Assembly (NCBI GenBank): GCA_035084275.1
Contig: CM068749.1
Span: forward strand, 14,694,001 to 14,758,000
Source of the DNA: Hydrolagus colliei
Taxonomy: Eukaryota
Direction of reading: 5' to 3'
Length of the DNA stretch: 64,000 nt
The notes beneath the pieces were generated by a model. The model was given only the letters and a program-made list of their open reading frames with translations, was not told the origin of the DNA and searched no databases. The position numbers and the translations under genes were made by a program. Every line of letters begins with the position of its first letter. Position 1 is the first letter of the stretch. This document shows positions 40,186-53,756 of this stretch, in pieces.

Positions 40186-41764
40186 CATACCTCACTTAAG
40201 TCATTTTAAATCTGTAAGCTTCCACCCATTTTACAATACAATTGTATTGCTTTATTGGTTAGTCTTGTATGAGTCAAATATTTGAATCGAGTTAAGGGAT
40301 TCAAGATAGCCAACCTAAACCTTCAGGTAAATGCTTATTCATCTTTCCACCCATTATTTAGATTCAATTGTTTTACAAGAACGATGGTACTACTGAGAAA
40401 AGTAACAAACCTACATTCATCTCCATTGGGAGCCAAGATGAAACCATCTTAGCATAGTTTATTTAAGGTACTGTCATCATACCATCTGTGTGAACCAGAT
40501 TGAAACCCAATCCCAGAGGTAAAATATTTGTTCCTTTAATTTATGAGCAGGTAAATTATTTCCTGAGATGCAACATGGAATCTTAATACAGTACTACACA
40601 ATTCAAACATGGTTATCATTCTGTGGTGTATAACTTCAATCCTCTAAAAAATATATATACACTTTCAAATGATTTTACATACTTATGAAAGTAAAATGAA
40701 GGGAGGAGTGTGAGCAAAATGAGATATTGGGTGAAGCAACCAAAACCATCCATTCTGTCTTTTAAAAAAAATCAATTGATATTTAATTCAAAAAGCCAAC
40801 AATGAATAGTTTTACCAAATGAAATATATGGTATATGGTTTCAACAGAATAAAGAAAAGGAGTTATTATAAGCGAGTATGGCAAACACAAACAATTATCC
40901 CACCAGACCAGAGAGAGACAGGAGGAGATACATTGATCCACCTCCAGGTGGTTGAACATCACCATAAAGGGAACTTTTTTCCTAAAGAAAAAGGGTGACC
41001 GGTACACATCAAAACAACACAATGACTTGAATGTCACAGCGGGAGTAATCAGTTACTATTCAAGGCATTCAAAGAAGGAAGCGTAGCTATTCAAATTTTC
41101 CCATCAAATTTGATTTTTCTTATATGATGGCATGACACCATTGTCTAACTGTATATACTGTAGCTCTTTGCCCAAGAGTTCCCATTAGTAATACTAATCA
41201 AAATACACCAATAAATTCAACTTCTGAACGGCTATTACAGCCATTAGGATAGAGTTCAGCCATTACCTTGGCAGAATTTTCTATATTGATAAAACAATTA
41301 GTCTTTCCTTGGCATTCAGCGATCTTTAATTTGCATTCCAAGCACCACGTGCATCCATCCCTCACTGTATAATTGTAGTTGTGGTTTCACTTACCCTAAG
41401 TGAGATCATCTGGACTTGAGATTTTTGTGAATCAGAAATTAAACAGTTTATAAAACCCATGAGCAACAAAACACAAGACTAGAAACGTGACTAAGGTATG
41501 AATCTTACAGTTTGCCTTGACAACATTTTGTAAGAGTGATTTTAAAAAAAACTTCTAAACTCATCGATCATACTCCAATGCCATGATTGGAGGCAAAATG
41601 CTCCTGGCACATTCAGGCGGCTACAGTATTTGGACCATTCAAAAAGGCATAGACTGTATATGCGTAGTGCGAATCAGCAAACATTCAGCAAGGAAAACAC
41701 GAACGAGAAGAATAGCAGTCAAGAATATAAGTACAATATTGCAAAAAAAAAGTAATAATATAAA

Positions 41765-41850
41765 AATAATTCTTGCGTTTGATACAGCGCTTTATCACGT
41801 CTTCACGCGGTAGGATGAATAAGTACTGTGTAATCAGTGTGGTTTTCTTA
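41765..41850 (-). mobile_element. SINE 3' tail fragment
   Basis: AATAATTCTTGCGTTTGATACAGCGCTTTATCACGTC. Confidence 0.65.
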
Positions 41851-42029
41851 AAAAATAAAAGTGCAAATATTTTATATATATATATACACACACAAAAATA
41901 TATATATATATTTATATGTAGCCACCTATCCAAGTCCTGGAGTTTAATGGTTGCAAGTGTCAGTGGCTGAGAAATTGACATAACCACTAAATTAACCCAT
42001 TTACTAAAACTCTCTGCAGAGACCTGCTG

Positions 42030-42484
42030 TATGCTGATGTCACATCCGTTGCCCAGGTCCCAATATCTCGATTGCAAACCACCCTGTCTTTTTTATTCCT
42101 TTGCCCAGCCCTACCCCCCCCCCCCCCCCCCCACCTCTGACTTCCTTCTCCTCCCCCATCCCCCCCTCTCTCTCTCTCTCTCTCTCTCCTCCTCCTTTCT
42201 CCTCTTGGGTTTTTTAAAGAAACTTTTTTTTCCTCTCTCTCGGATAACAGTACAGAGCTGTGATTGCTGCTGCCGGCTGGTGGCCGTGGTTGGTTGGGAG
42301 ATGCGAGCTCAGTGGTGCAGGGAAAGTTGGTGAAGATGCTGTGTGGAAGGAGATAGGATGGTGTGGCTGTGAGCGCCTGGCTGAGCAGAGCGATATAGAC
42401 GAGGTCGCCGCAGTGAAACTGACTTGAGTGAACTAACTGTACGAATGTGTGTGTCTGTCCACTGACTGATCACAGGAGCTCAGG
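42030..42484 (+). promoter_or_regulatory. Putative distal promoter and 5' UTR of OLFM3 exon 1A
   Basis: Local rise in GC and CpG, poly-C and (CT)n tracts, and a GCTGCTGCC run directly upstream of the exon 1A ATG. TSS unknown. Confidence 0.55.
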
Positions 42485-42705
42485 ATGCGGGCGCTGTCCA
42501 ACATCTTCAGTATTATCTTCCCTCTCCTGCTCTTCGGATTTTACCCGTCCAAGGTATGGACCTCTTTATCACAGAGAGTCAGAGAGAGGACGGATGAGTT
42601 GTGGTGAAAATGGATCGTCTGTGTATATATGTGTGTGTGTTGTGTTTCTATGTTGTGTGTGTGTGTGTGTGTGTATGAACCAAACGATTTTGTAAAGAGT
42701 CACTG

Positions 42706-42739
<34 letters not shown>

Positions 42740-43342
42740 TACAAACATATATATATATAGATATATATGTGAATTCTCCTGTATGTGTTTAGGAATAAAT
42801 GATGCGGTGGAGGCAGGTCAACAATGATGCGAGAATTTGGAGAAAGAGAGAGAAAAAAAAAGGAGAGAGAGGAAAAAAAAAAGACGTGTGATACTATGAT
42901 TATTTTAAAGAGCATTTCGCTGGTGTTTTCTGTGTGGCGCTGTATGCGTGATTTAACGTGAGCTTCGGTTTGCTGAGATTGATTTATTGTGTAAATGACT
43001 AGTGCGGTGGGTGGGTAGGTGCTCCCGGCTAGTTGTAGCTGCGGGTTATCCATGAAGGCGATTTACATTAAGTTTTTTTTTGGGTGAGGCGGGGGGTGGT
43101 GGGGGGTGTGGGGGGGGGGGGGTGGAGAAAAAAATACATTGCCCAGTAGGAATTATGAATTTCAGACCGTCATTAGATTCTTCCAGGAAGACTATGATTT
43201 TACATTTAGTGGCGGAAGGCAAGTCAGGCGTTGAAATTGGAATAAAGCCAAAGGGAAGGAAAACACTCGTTTATTTATTATTGTTGTTGTTGTTGTTGTG
43301 GGGAAGGAAAGAAGGGCCCAGGAAAGACCCGTTTAAATACTA

Positions 43343-43400
<58 letters not shown>
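42114..43400. repeat. Cluster of simple repeats around exon 1A: poly-C, (CT)n, (TG)n, (TA)n, G-runs and compound (CT)n(TA)n
   Basis: Directly visible at 42114-42190, 42655-42673, 42709-42736, 43082-43123 and 43344-43400. Confidence 0.95.
42485..42553 (+). CDS. olfm3: OLFM3 alternative first coding exon 1A (distal promoter), signal-peptide-like MRALSNIFSIIFPLLLFGFYPSK
   Basis: ATG at 42485, 23 codons, ends AAG|gtatgg (phase 0 donor). Resembles the short N-terminus of mammalian OLFM3 (MQATSNLLNLLLLSLFAGLDPSK, recalled) in length and in the final PSK. In frame with the exon at 57380. Confidence 0.9.
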
Positions 43401-43407
<7 letters not shown>

Positions 43408-45339
43408 AGAAGCAGGCTTGAAACAGATTGAGATGGAATGGAGCCTGGGTTGGTGGGTGGGGGGTGGGGGAGGGAATGCAGAGATTGTCATAGAAATCCT
43501 CTGTCTTGTTACACCGACAACACAGGGCTCTGACATAGTTTCCAATGTGTGTTGGGTGAAAAAAAGGGAGACCTTTTAGAGAAAGGCTTGGTGTAGTCGC
43601 CCGTTTCAAACCTTGCACAACAAACATTGTCTTGCATGCTCTTGTAACATCGACTGCCTGTGTTAGTTAACGGTGTAGAGCAGGAACGCGTCACTATCAA
43701 GATGCTGCAGAATTCTCAAAGTTTAAAATCTTAAAATCAGGAGACCATAACGAGCAAACCTATCCTATTTGTATTTAGCTTGAAATGGAGGAAGTTGAAG
43801 GATTTACAAGGATGGAGCTGGAAAGAGAGTATTGGTAAAAACAGTCCAATCTACCCTCTCACCCCAATATTTTATTCCAAGGTGCGAGACCTGTTATCAA
43901 ATGCTAGTCCACCTCCTGGTTAAGAATCATTCAGATTTATCACTACACTCAGAGCATATGAAAACTAACATCGGCCTATAAAAGCCCCCTCTTCCCCCAA
44001 CACACACACACAATGCTGTTAATAAATCAACAGTGTTGCATTGGAATGAAAAAAAAGTCTAACCACAACTTGCAATCTACAATGATTCGTATTTTTTTAA
44101 AAAACCCTACAGAATATTAATGTATTTGAATATTAACATGACCCAATCTGAGCAATCCGTGACTGAATTGGCAAAGTGGACCTCATCACCTTTTTAAAAA
44201 TAAAAATACAAAAAAAGGGAGACATTGGGCAACTGGAGCGAATTTTAACATCAATTATAACACTCAAACCATTCATCTGAAAACTCAAACTAGGGCAAGG
44301 AAAGGAAATGATTCTCAAAGGTAACCATTAATTTGGTGACCTACTCTACTATCTTGGACAAATAGAAAACGGATGTCTAGTAGTTTGACAGATTAGAAGT
44401 GAAAAACCAGCAGTACAGCTTTAGGGAGCCAGAGTACACTAAACATAGAGATGGAATAGAGGACATAGTAATTTTCTGGCTGAAGCTGATAACACGGTTT
44501 AACCAAGATTTGCAAAATTCATAAACTGGTTGATGTGCTTCTGGAAGTACTTGAACACAGAAAAATGTCAGTGTGCACACAGATAGGCAAAGAATAGTGT
44601 ACTCTGACTGCACTTATGCAGGTTGACATTAGTAGATAAATACTCAAGCACTCAACAAGGCAATTGTATATTGTATATAAAGCGATATGCCTTTTATCCT
44701 TTACCTAGGTTGAAATACATTGACCATTGGTCAAATTATTGCAACGTTTGGGTTTTGAATTGGTTGTTTTGCACACCAGCTTTGCTTTTATTCAGTACAC
44801 ATACTTCTGTAGCCTATCTGTCAACACATATCAAGGCAGAGCAAAGCAAAGCTGATCTAGTGTAAGTAATGGCATAAATGAACTTTCTACAGCATTTGCA
44901 TCCAGCTTGCAAAATTTTAAAATGCTTTAGTAAACTATTGTGGTCATTGCATGAATTGGCACATTTGAAAAATGTGTACTAATCACACCGATCCTGATCA
45001 GAAATTGCATGTGAAACATTGCTTGGTAAGACTAAAGTGAAACCCACTTGAAGTGAAGGTTCCGTTTGTCTGAATTAATTTATTGGATATTCGGAACTGG
45101 TTGTAGGGTGTACCAGGCAAACAATTAGTGAATCAGTAAAGGTAAAATTTACAATGCTGTTTCAACTAAAAGACAAAAAAAAAATCGATCTGTTATGTCA
45201 TTTGAATCAATATGCATAAATTTAAACTATACGCAAGACTATAACTTACTGATATGTGAATAAAGATGCAATAAGCAAATAGATTTTAAGATTTAAAGGA
45301 TGCCAATTGAAATTTTCTTGATTGTTGAGTGATACAGAT

Positions 45340-45547
45340 AGGGAATTGTTTGGATTCAATACCTGGTCCATGTTGAGTTAACTCATCTCTGTCAAGGTGA
45401 CAATAAGGGCATTGGAATTGGCCTCAGTAATCTGGTTGGAGAGGCAAAAAGCAGTCAAGAGTTTCTGATCACTTTTATGAATATTGCTGAGGAATCAATT
45501 TTTGGATGCTGTGTATAAATGTTAGGCAAGGATAGGGTTGACAATCT
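45340..45547 (+). mobile_element. Ancient SINE-like interspersed repeat, unclassified
   Basis: B-box-like GGATTCAATACC followed by TGGTCCATGTTGAGTTAACTCATCTC...AATTGGCCTCAG, which I recall as a repeat common in shark genomes. Confidence 0.4.
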
Positions 45548-45629
45548 TTCAGCTGAGCAATGTTCCCGTTATTTTAGCATTAGTTCCTTTTATTTAAATG
45601 AAAGCCATGCTATATTGTTTGATGTTAAT

Positions 45630-45732
45630 GCCTACAAAATATGCAGTCAATTCACTTTATGGTATATTCGGAAGCACTTTGAGACATCTCAAAGACGTGA
45701 TAAGGCGATATATCAAATGCAAGGATTATTAT
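45630..45732 (+). mobile_element. Young Deu-SINE 3' tail in intron 1A
   Basis: CAGTCAATTCACTTTA...GCACTTTGAGACATCTCAAAGACGTGATAAGGCGATATATCAAATGCAAGGATTATTAT. Confidence 0.8.
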
Positions 45733-48700
45733 ATAATATGTTAGGTATGTAGGGAGATTCATGCCAACAGTGAAACTTCAGTAGAAGAGCATGTACATAG
45801 CAGCACACTTACAGAAAACCACAATCAATTTGGGATTGAAAATAAGGGAACTTGAAATTAAAGTTTCCATGGACTTTCGAAGTGCACCAAGTCTGATCTG
45901 TGACAGCACATTTGAGATAGCATTTAGAGATCGGTGCTTTAACACAAAACCTTCAATGGACATCAAACACTTGGTATTTTCAGCAGAAATTAAAAGGCAA
46001 GAACATAATCCATCTTAAAATGTTTTTTGCAACTATACCTCAAAATAAAAAAATCAACTAAATGTTAAAGTAAGCCACATTCTTTCCTTTTTCATGGGAA
46101 AATAACATCAGCCATCAAAAAAATGACCTTTTAGAAGATTTCAGGAGTTGCTTTACTCTTGCTTTACAAGTTTATGATGTTTCAAAACTAGAGAATCAGA
46201 AGTCATCACGCTGCTTTGGTGCCACCTTATGGTGGTGCACATAACAGTTAATGCCAGTGCCTGATTGCATAAAGTAAAAATGTTTAAATAATTGATACAT
46301 TTTCACTATTAATCATTTTTAATAACTGGAGGCTACTCAATACCTTTCGTGTCTTATACAATATGGTGAATCCAAGGGCATCTATGAATAATATCATTTG
46401 CAGCGTTGAACACCCGCAATAATAAATATTAAATTAATACTGTAATTGTATGTGTGCTAGGACACAATTAAAGTAATTCAAAGATCCAAACAAGGTTTGT
46501 AGTCTATCCAGTGGCATTTAAAATATCAGGAAAATGGGATTGATCTTTTCAGGGGGGAGGAAGCAAAGCAAATGGAAAAGTTGGAATCTTCCAACTCACT
46601 ATCATTTTATTTAATACTAAGGTCAGTATTTCTATGCTGCTGAGGTTTGCTTTCTTTCATCATTAATTTTTTATGTTGATGCTCATCTCTTGTAACAAAC
46701 CATTAAAGCAATATCAGATACCTAATTGTAGATCATTAAGAGTTAAAGCATTGCAATCAATTATTAAAAAATAAATTTCTAGCAGAGTGCCTCTTTAACC
46801 ACAGAAATTAATTTTTATTAGATTTGTGCAGCTTTCTGAAAGAAAAGTGAGACACTTTGCCAAACAGTTAACACATTCTAGAAAGATCACATCATGAATT
46901 TGTCAACATTTCACGAGGCGGTGTATTCAAACTGACAATGTGAGATACTCATTTTAAAATTAATTTTTGCTGAAGCTTGTTGCCAAGTGACAAGAGCACA
47001 AAAAAGCAGCAGTTTCTTTTCTTTCACATCAAGTATTTTTTTAAAAACTTTACAAAATGAGGGAACAAAATCAATTGTACAGTGGGGAACCAAATCAAAT
47101 TCCTGATGGGTTTGTGCAGGACAAGAGGGACTATGCCTGTAATTGTATTGTTACTACAACAGCAAACGTAATGATTTCCCCATGGATGCCAACTCCATGT
47201 CTTTATGGTTGTAATCAGGATGCATCTCAATAAATTATACTCTTCTACTGTTCAGCATTGATGAATAATTCTGAGCGAATACCACTGAATGCGTGAGTGT
47301 GTGCTTGTAATCGAAACTGTCTTGGAAAATGATATGCTGTAATTCTCCAGAGTTATAACTAGGTGGCATCCGCATGCAATGTAATAACAGTTCCTCCATC
47401 CCAAATTGCGATGCTCTATCCATAGACTTCTAGTCACATAGGAGCATTTATGTATTATTCCTATTCTAGCCACCATTCCAATCTTTGGATAATTTCCTTC
47501 ATTGGGAAGTTTGGTCCAAGAATTAAAATGGAAATTACTACAAGGAAACAACAGGAACAAAAATATAGTTTATAGCTGGGATTGCCAACGTGTAAAGTTA
47601 AACTACATTTCTAATCAATTAATTGTGCTAGTCAGAATTATTTTAAAATTGTTTCATTGGGAACAGTGTCAGAACTTAATTCTGTTCAGATTGATAATAG
47701 ATTAGCAGAAGGGCCTTCACCAATTTGTTCAGTGATGAGGCATGAATGCTGTGAATTAATCTGTATCTCCATAAATTAGGAAAATTATGCAGATTTACCT
47801 TTAGTGGCTAGTTTAATGGGGGGGGGGACACACAAAATCACATGATGAACACAATTTAGACATTGTTTCTGAGAACCAAGATATAAAGTATACAATAGTA
47901 TTGGATACAAAGAATAGAGCTGAAAGAGCCTATAGTCTTTCATATTAAAGCTTACTTTGTTTCAAGAATTCAAGAGATAATCTTTTATTGACCACAGGAG
48001 TCTCATGACATTTTGTTTATCACCGTTATGGCCAAAAAAAAGTATCTAAAATATACTTCCAACTATTTGAAGCAGAAGTATTGACTTAACTGTTGCAGAG
48101 TTTGTTCTCAAGAGAGTCATTCAAAAACCGACTCTAATTTGCAAAACAAAAAGTACATTGCACAAACAATCTTTTACAATATTCCAGAAGATATGGCAGC
48201 TCTTGAAACCCCATGCAGTATTCACAGGAGAATTCTCAACATTGCTAAACCATTTGAAGTGCATAATTTACATGAAGATTGTGAAAATAATCTGCAAAAC
48301 TAGACCAAACAAACATGGTGAAAGCAATTGTGCCGTTTAAAGAACAAATTTGTCTTGTCAAATCTGGCTTGATACTTATCAAAGACCTAAAAACACTAAG
48401 GCCATTAAAAAGAAACTCTGTTATCCTATGAAAAACATCATGCATTATGTAATTGAATGAAACTAGCCATATGCATCTCAATCTCATGCATTATATACAG
48501 CAGGTAAAAGTGTAAAAAGATTCCAAACTTACACCATTACAGAATCATGATTTAGAAACACTACAAAACACACTCCTGTTGGAGGAAATACAAATACAAA
48601 GAACCTAACTGTGATAATCAAACCACACATTTAGGATTTACTGGAGCATTTGACTAGATAACCAAAGGAGACTGCACAGTGGAATAATCCTAAACAATAA

Positions 48701-51454
48701 AATAAACTGGTGATAATTTAAGGGCTGCATTAAGGCATCATTATAATCTGTCTAATCAAGTGTTAGATGTGGTGTGAAATCCTGGGAATGTTTGGTTGAC
48801 ACTTTTTTTTTAAGCGATTTTATAAGCAGTGACTTTTCCCCATGTTTGTATTTCCTTCATTTTTAAGCAACATATAAAATCAATTCAGATCACCTCATGC
48901 CCACCACCACTTCTCAGCATCATCAACTTGGTTGTGAGGACAAATTGGTAACCTGTTACCAAGCCTCTGAAATTTCCATTACCCATTCTAAACATTTCCT
49001 GTTAATAGGCTGACCAGGAATTTTACATGAGTGGATCTATATCTGATGTCTCAAAGCATAGAATATTCAAGCAACATACCACAAAACTTCTTTTGCAACA
49101 CCTATTTAAAAAAAATTAAAGCTACCGAGAAATGTAGTGCAGAGTAAATGTGAAGTGCAATAAATTGAATTATATTTTCAAAATATATTATGCTCATCAC
49201 AGCAATTTTGCCCGTACTACTTTATAGACTTCATATTAGGACAGAACATACTCATTCTCCATTTGACGCCAAATGTCAATTCTGCTGCTGAGCCTGTAGA
49301 ACATTACTTGCCTCTTGTTTTTTGCAGTATGGAAGGTCTTGTTACCAGCCACCTCATTAGCATTAGACACAAAATATATATGGCACAGCTGACAAAAATT
49401 ACAGAAAGGGAACACCACTAAAAGGGTTTGCGTGCGCTCATTAACTTGCCACTTATACACACGCTGGCCATAAGATCTCTTAGGATTTCACATGCTCAGA
49501 AATGCAAGGCTCTCTTTACCCAAACTGTTTCTTTTAAAATCATTTAAACTATGTTGCTAAATAACTCTGATTTATCACCAATCATGTGATGCAATACCAC
49601 TTTTGTTCAAAAGACACTATTCAATCATAGGAGCCTACCATCTAAAAAGCTATGAGCAAAAGCAATCAATCCATTTTGCCTATATTAGAATATCAAACAA
49701 AAGTTGACTTTTCAAAATAAACACTGGTAGAAATGTAAGTGTTGCATCTTGAAACTCCTCACAGTAATATCATAATAAACTTAATGAATATGCATCATCT
49801 GTCTCAAAAGTCTCTATTGTTGGTGAAAGAGAGAAAAAACATTTTGGGCCAGATGTATTTCAATAAGTGGTCTATTGTTTGACACGTAACCATCTTGGTC
49901 ATTTAAAACTATTAAGATCATCTTGAATGCATATCCTGTGTTGATCAAAGAAGTAAGGCTGTGATAAGGTGACAGTTTTTTTCATCCACGCCTATCTTGC
50001 ACATAGGTTCAGGAGATTAAAAAAAACTACTAAATGCATGGTAATTGCAAATCCAGAAATTATCATCGGTCAAATACTCTAAAGTCTAATCACAATATCT
50101 TGAAGCAGGCTGGAGTCCATAATTGGAGGATTAAGATACACTTAAAAACATGCCAGCCATCTGTTGGAAAAAGTATAATTCACAGGAAAAAATCAATAAC
50201 TTTGTACACACTTTTGTTTTCCAAATACCAATGTAAATACTCCCAACACCCATAGCAAGTGAGACTACCTTGAAACAGATATATTAATCATTCATTCATA
50301 CAAATTCAAACACTGTTTGACTAACCAAATTTGCAAAGTTCTCAGCACTACTTAAACTCAACCAGCTTCTGCCTGGTTGCCACAATCCTCTAGTCCTTCA
50401 CCCATCCTTAAGAATGTTTCCAAGTGTGATTGGTTGCATGTGGAAGAAACACACTTTCAACCAAATCAAAGAACCTGGCATGTTTTCATTTCCGACCGCT
50501 GTCTTCCTGTCTTAATGACCACATTTGGTAAAGTGGGTTCAGTCCCACCAGGGCTGCTCCTAAACTATTGCTTCTCTCCCTGGTACAGCTGATTGCTAAG
50601 GTTTTCCCATTTATGTAATGTGAATAATGATGCCTTATCCCCATCCACTCCACCGCACACACACAGCTCCCAACGTGAAAGGCACTCTATAAATGTAATT
50701 CTGTGGTTGTATTTTGTTGTTGTTGTGTTTCAGATATGCAATTTGGCAGGTAAATGGGAGCCTACAACGTACATTTAAGAGACTGCCTGTGGAATGCCCA
50801 AGGCATTATATTATTTTATACTTTTAAGCAATTCTCATGGGTGCACGGAAAACTAGCTCACATCAGCAAAGGCAAAATCAGGCAAGGCACTGTTGTGCAC
50901 AAAGAGACAGTGATTTGAATTGGGATTGAATACGGTGTTGTATTTGTTGGCATCCTCTCTGTGGTTGTTTTGTGATGTCTGCTTTCCTCAACCAATCCAA
51001 AAGTGAAAGGCCTTGATGATAAGCTTACTGGTTTAAGGCTGTGAACTGCAAAAATCCAAAGTCAAAAACAGAAAAAATGAATTTTGCAGCTTATACTATT
51101 GAACAGGGTGTGCGCGAATAGTGTACAAACCATAACATTATTTGGGACTGAAAAGGTGCATAGAAAACCAAATGTAAACCGTCCATCTGTGAGTTAGAAA
51201 GTGAGAAATTAAATTTTATGCTTGGAAGTCATGGCACTCTGTTACCCAGTGGATTTTTTTTTGCAACTCTGCTTTGAATAAGAAATCCCAAATACATCCC
51301 AAATACATTTAAATGTTTAGATTAAACCATTTCACCATTGTGCTACTGAAACAATAATTCTTTAAATCAGTTCATTTGTTGATTGTTATGTATAAAGATG
51401 ATCTGTATGCATAAATTAACCTCAACATCATCTGAAGAGAAATAGAGTAAATAC

Positions 51455-51670
51455 TGCTGTGATTGACATGCGGCATAGTATCATTCTTCAGGTAAGATGG
51501 TAAACGAAGGTCTTTTCTACCTGTTCATGTGGAGGTTCAAAATTCCTTGACGCTAAATCGGAAATAGAAGGGAGTTTCTCCCACTGTGCTGGCCAATAAT
51601 TCCCCAAATAAAAATGGACATTCATTTCATTGATGTTTGTTGGACATTGCTATGCACAAATTGGCAGAGA
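51455..51670 (+). mobile_element. Old SacSINE1-like Deu domain
   Basis: AGATGGTAAACGAAGG...GGGAGTTTCTCCCACTGTGCTGGCCAATAATT...GACATTGCTATGCACAAATTGGC. Confidence 0.65.
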
Positions 51671-51680
51671 AGCTTTGACC

Positions 51681-51877
51681 ACAACAACAACAAAATTACA
51701 TTGATAGAGCGCCTTTCAATTCAGGAGGATGTCCCAAGGCACTGAACAGTCAGGACCCAAGCATGAGGGAGGGAGAGAGGTGGGAGGGCAGCCAAAGGCA
51801 TGATTGAAAAGGAGGATCTTGAGACCTGCCTTGAAGGAGGCAAGGGAGAAAGTGAGGCAAAGGGACTATGGGATGGA
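51681..51877 (-). mobile_element. L2 LINE 3' end
   Basis: (CAA)n AATTACATTGATAGAGCGCCTTTC...GGAGGATGTCCCAAGG; collinear with 39371-39590. Confidence 0.8.
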
Positions 51878-52005
51878 CTACAAATGCATTGTATATTATA
51901 TATATTACAAATATAGTACAGTATATTGTTGAACACTCCTTTCATCGAGACCACTCTGTGTTCACAAGCAAGCCTCGACTGATAACTGTAAATTATCAAG
52001 CCTTT

Positions 52006-52310
52006 GGGGAGTTCTGTAGCTCAGTGGTTAGAGCACTCGCCTTGCAAGCGAGATACCTGGGTTCCATTCCAGGCAGGGCGAAATCCTGGGAAAATTTCCT
52101 TACTCCGCACACTTATCAATAATCCTCCCCCAAAAAACAATTGTTCATTTCAATCCACGAATGTTTGTGGGACACTGTTGTGCACAATTTGCTGTCGTAT
52201 TTTGCCCACAAGTACACAGTGAATTTACTTTGCAGTATATTTTGTCAATCACTTTGGGACGTCTAGAAAATGTGAAAAGTGCTACATCAAATGCAAGAAT
52301 TATTATTATT
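52006..52310 (+). mobile_element. Full-length tRNA-Ala(UGC)-derived Deu-SINE
   Basis: TAGCTCAGTGGTTAGAGCA A-box, anticodon arm CTCGC-CTTGCAA-GCGAG, B-box-like GGTTCCATTCC, Deu core and (TTA)n tail. Confidence 0.9.
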
Positions 52311-53756
52311 AATTAGCATTGAATTCACAGCATTATTTAGACAGCAACTAAAAAATAATGCACTCCTCATTCTTAGAAAACAAAACGTATAGTTTTTTAA
52401 ACAAAAAAAAGTATGATGGTTTTTGCTTGGTTTTGCGGAATCAGCAAGGATGTCCCTTATTTGAAGGGAAATATGTATTTGTGAACATCTGAGCAGAAAA
52501 ATATTGTATATTTCAAGTTTATGTAGAATGAATGATCATGGGGAGGAAGGAGAGTACTGGAAGGAGTTGTCAACTTTGAAAATTGCATCCCGGTTTACGT
52601 CATTGCCTTTAGGAGAGGAGAGATTAAGAGGGATACCGAGAGGCAAACAGTTAAGGTTCCAATTACAAAATGAAATCTCACTAGTGTGCCCACATTATCC
52701 CGCAATAAAAGAATAGATGGAAAACATACATTTTGTAGCAGCAATAAAAACAAATTGCTGGTGTACTAAGAATATTTGTGGAAATGAGTAGTGATTCCTT
52801 CTCGTTTATTCCAAGGGAAAATAATAATATATTAATCAATCGTCAATATTTAGAATTACTACCGGAGCAGCATAATTGTACAGTAGATTGAATAGCACAG
52901 CAACTTGCAGCTGGGGTCAACTTGTGGGAGAATATGATTGAGTGTTTAATGCACCAGGCTGGTCACCAATCCTAATAAATTGTCTAAGAAATAACTTTTA
53001 AACTTTTATGTGTTTACAAACTTTTAAATAGTTTGTGTAATAACTATCTAGAGAGCAGATTAGGCTGGATTTAGCAGTTTCAGCATTTTCTTAAATTTCC
53101 CAACTCAATTCTGTTACTTAAATAGTACACAGAGGTCTAATTTTCAAAATGTACACTGTTATTGGTATGAAAGGTGGTGAGCTTTTTACGTCCCCACACA
53201 GTTCAATTGCAATACCAAAAAGAGTGTTTAAAGACTTTCAGGCCTCAAAAGATTTAAAATGTTTTAAACAGTAATAGTAAAACTCAAATCATTTACTCTG
53301 TTTAATTGCCCTTATTGATGTTATTTTAAGTGATATAGAGTACTGAAACTGCATAGGTACAGGACTAAAAGAACACTAAGTTCTCCAACTGTAACGTATA
53401 TATATATATATGGATATACAGTACTGTATAGTGTTTTATTCTGATTTGATACAAACTGCAGTGATATAAGATGTAGGTGGGTGGAGAAATTATCATACCC
53501 CTGGTGGAAGATAATTATAATCTCCCACGAAAGTTTACTTAAACTTTTATTTTATTATTCAGTTAATTCCCTGATGTATTTAATGCCTGGAATTAAGAAT
53601 TTACCAACTGACAATGTGAGCAACAGACATTTGGGTTTGAATAAATGAGCAGGACAAGAGATAATAAATGTATGTTGTGTCTTATTGCATTTGGGACTGA
53701 CATGCTGTATAATTATGTTTGAATAACACTAATGACCTATCCCCAAGTCCCTATTT

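Noticed and set aside
1-42000. Dozens of 60-150 aa ORFs in the ORF track
   Set aside because: No recognisable domains apart from transposon remnants. Many start at non-ATG codons or run through microsatellites and SINEs, as expected by chance. No Gly-X-Y or other exon-like series from a neighbouring gene was seen.
52006-52080. tRNA-Ala-like sequence (also 31070-31155)
   Set aside because: It continues directly into a SINE body and tail and lacks a proper acceptor stem, so it is a SINE head and not a tRNA gene.
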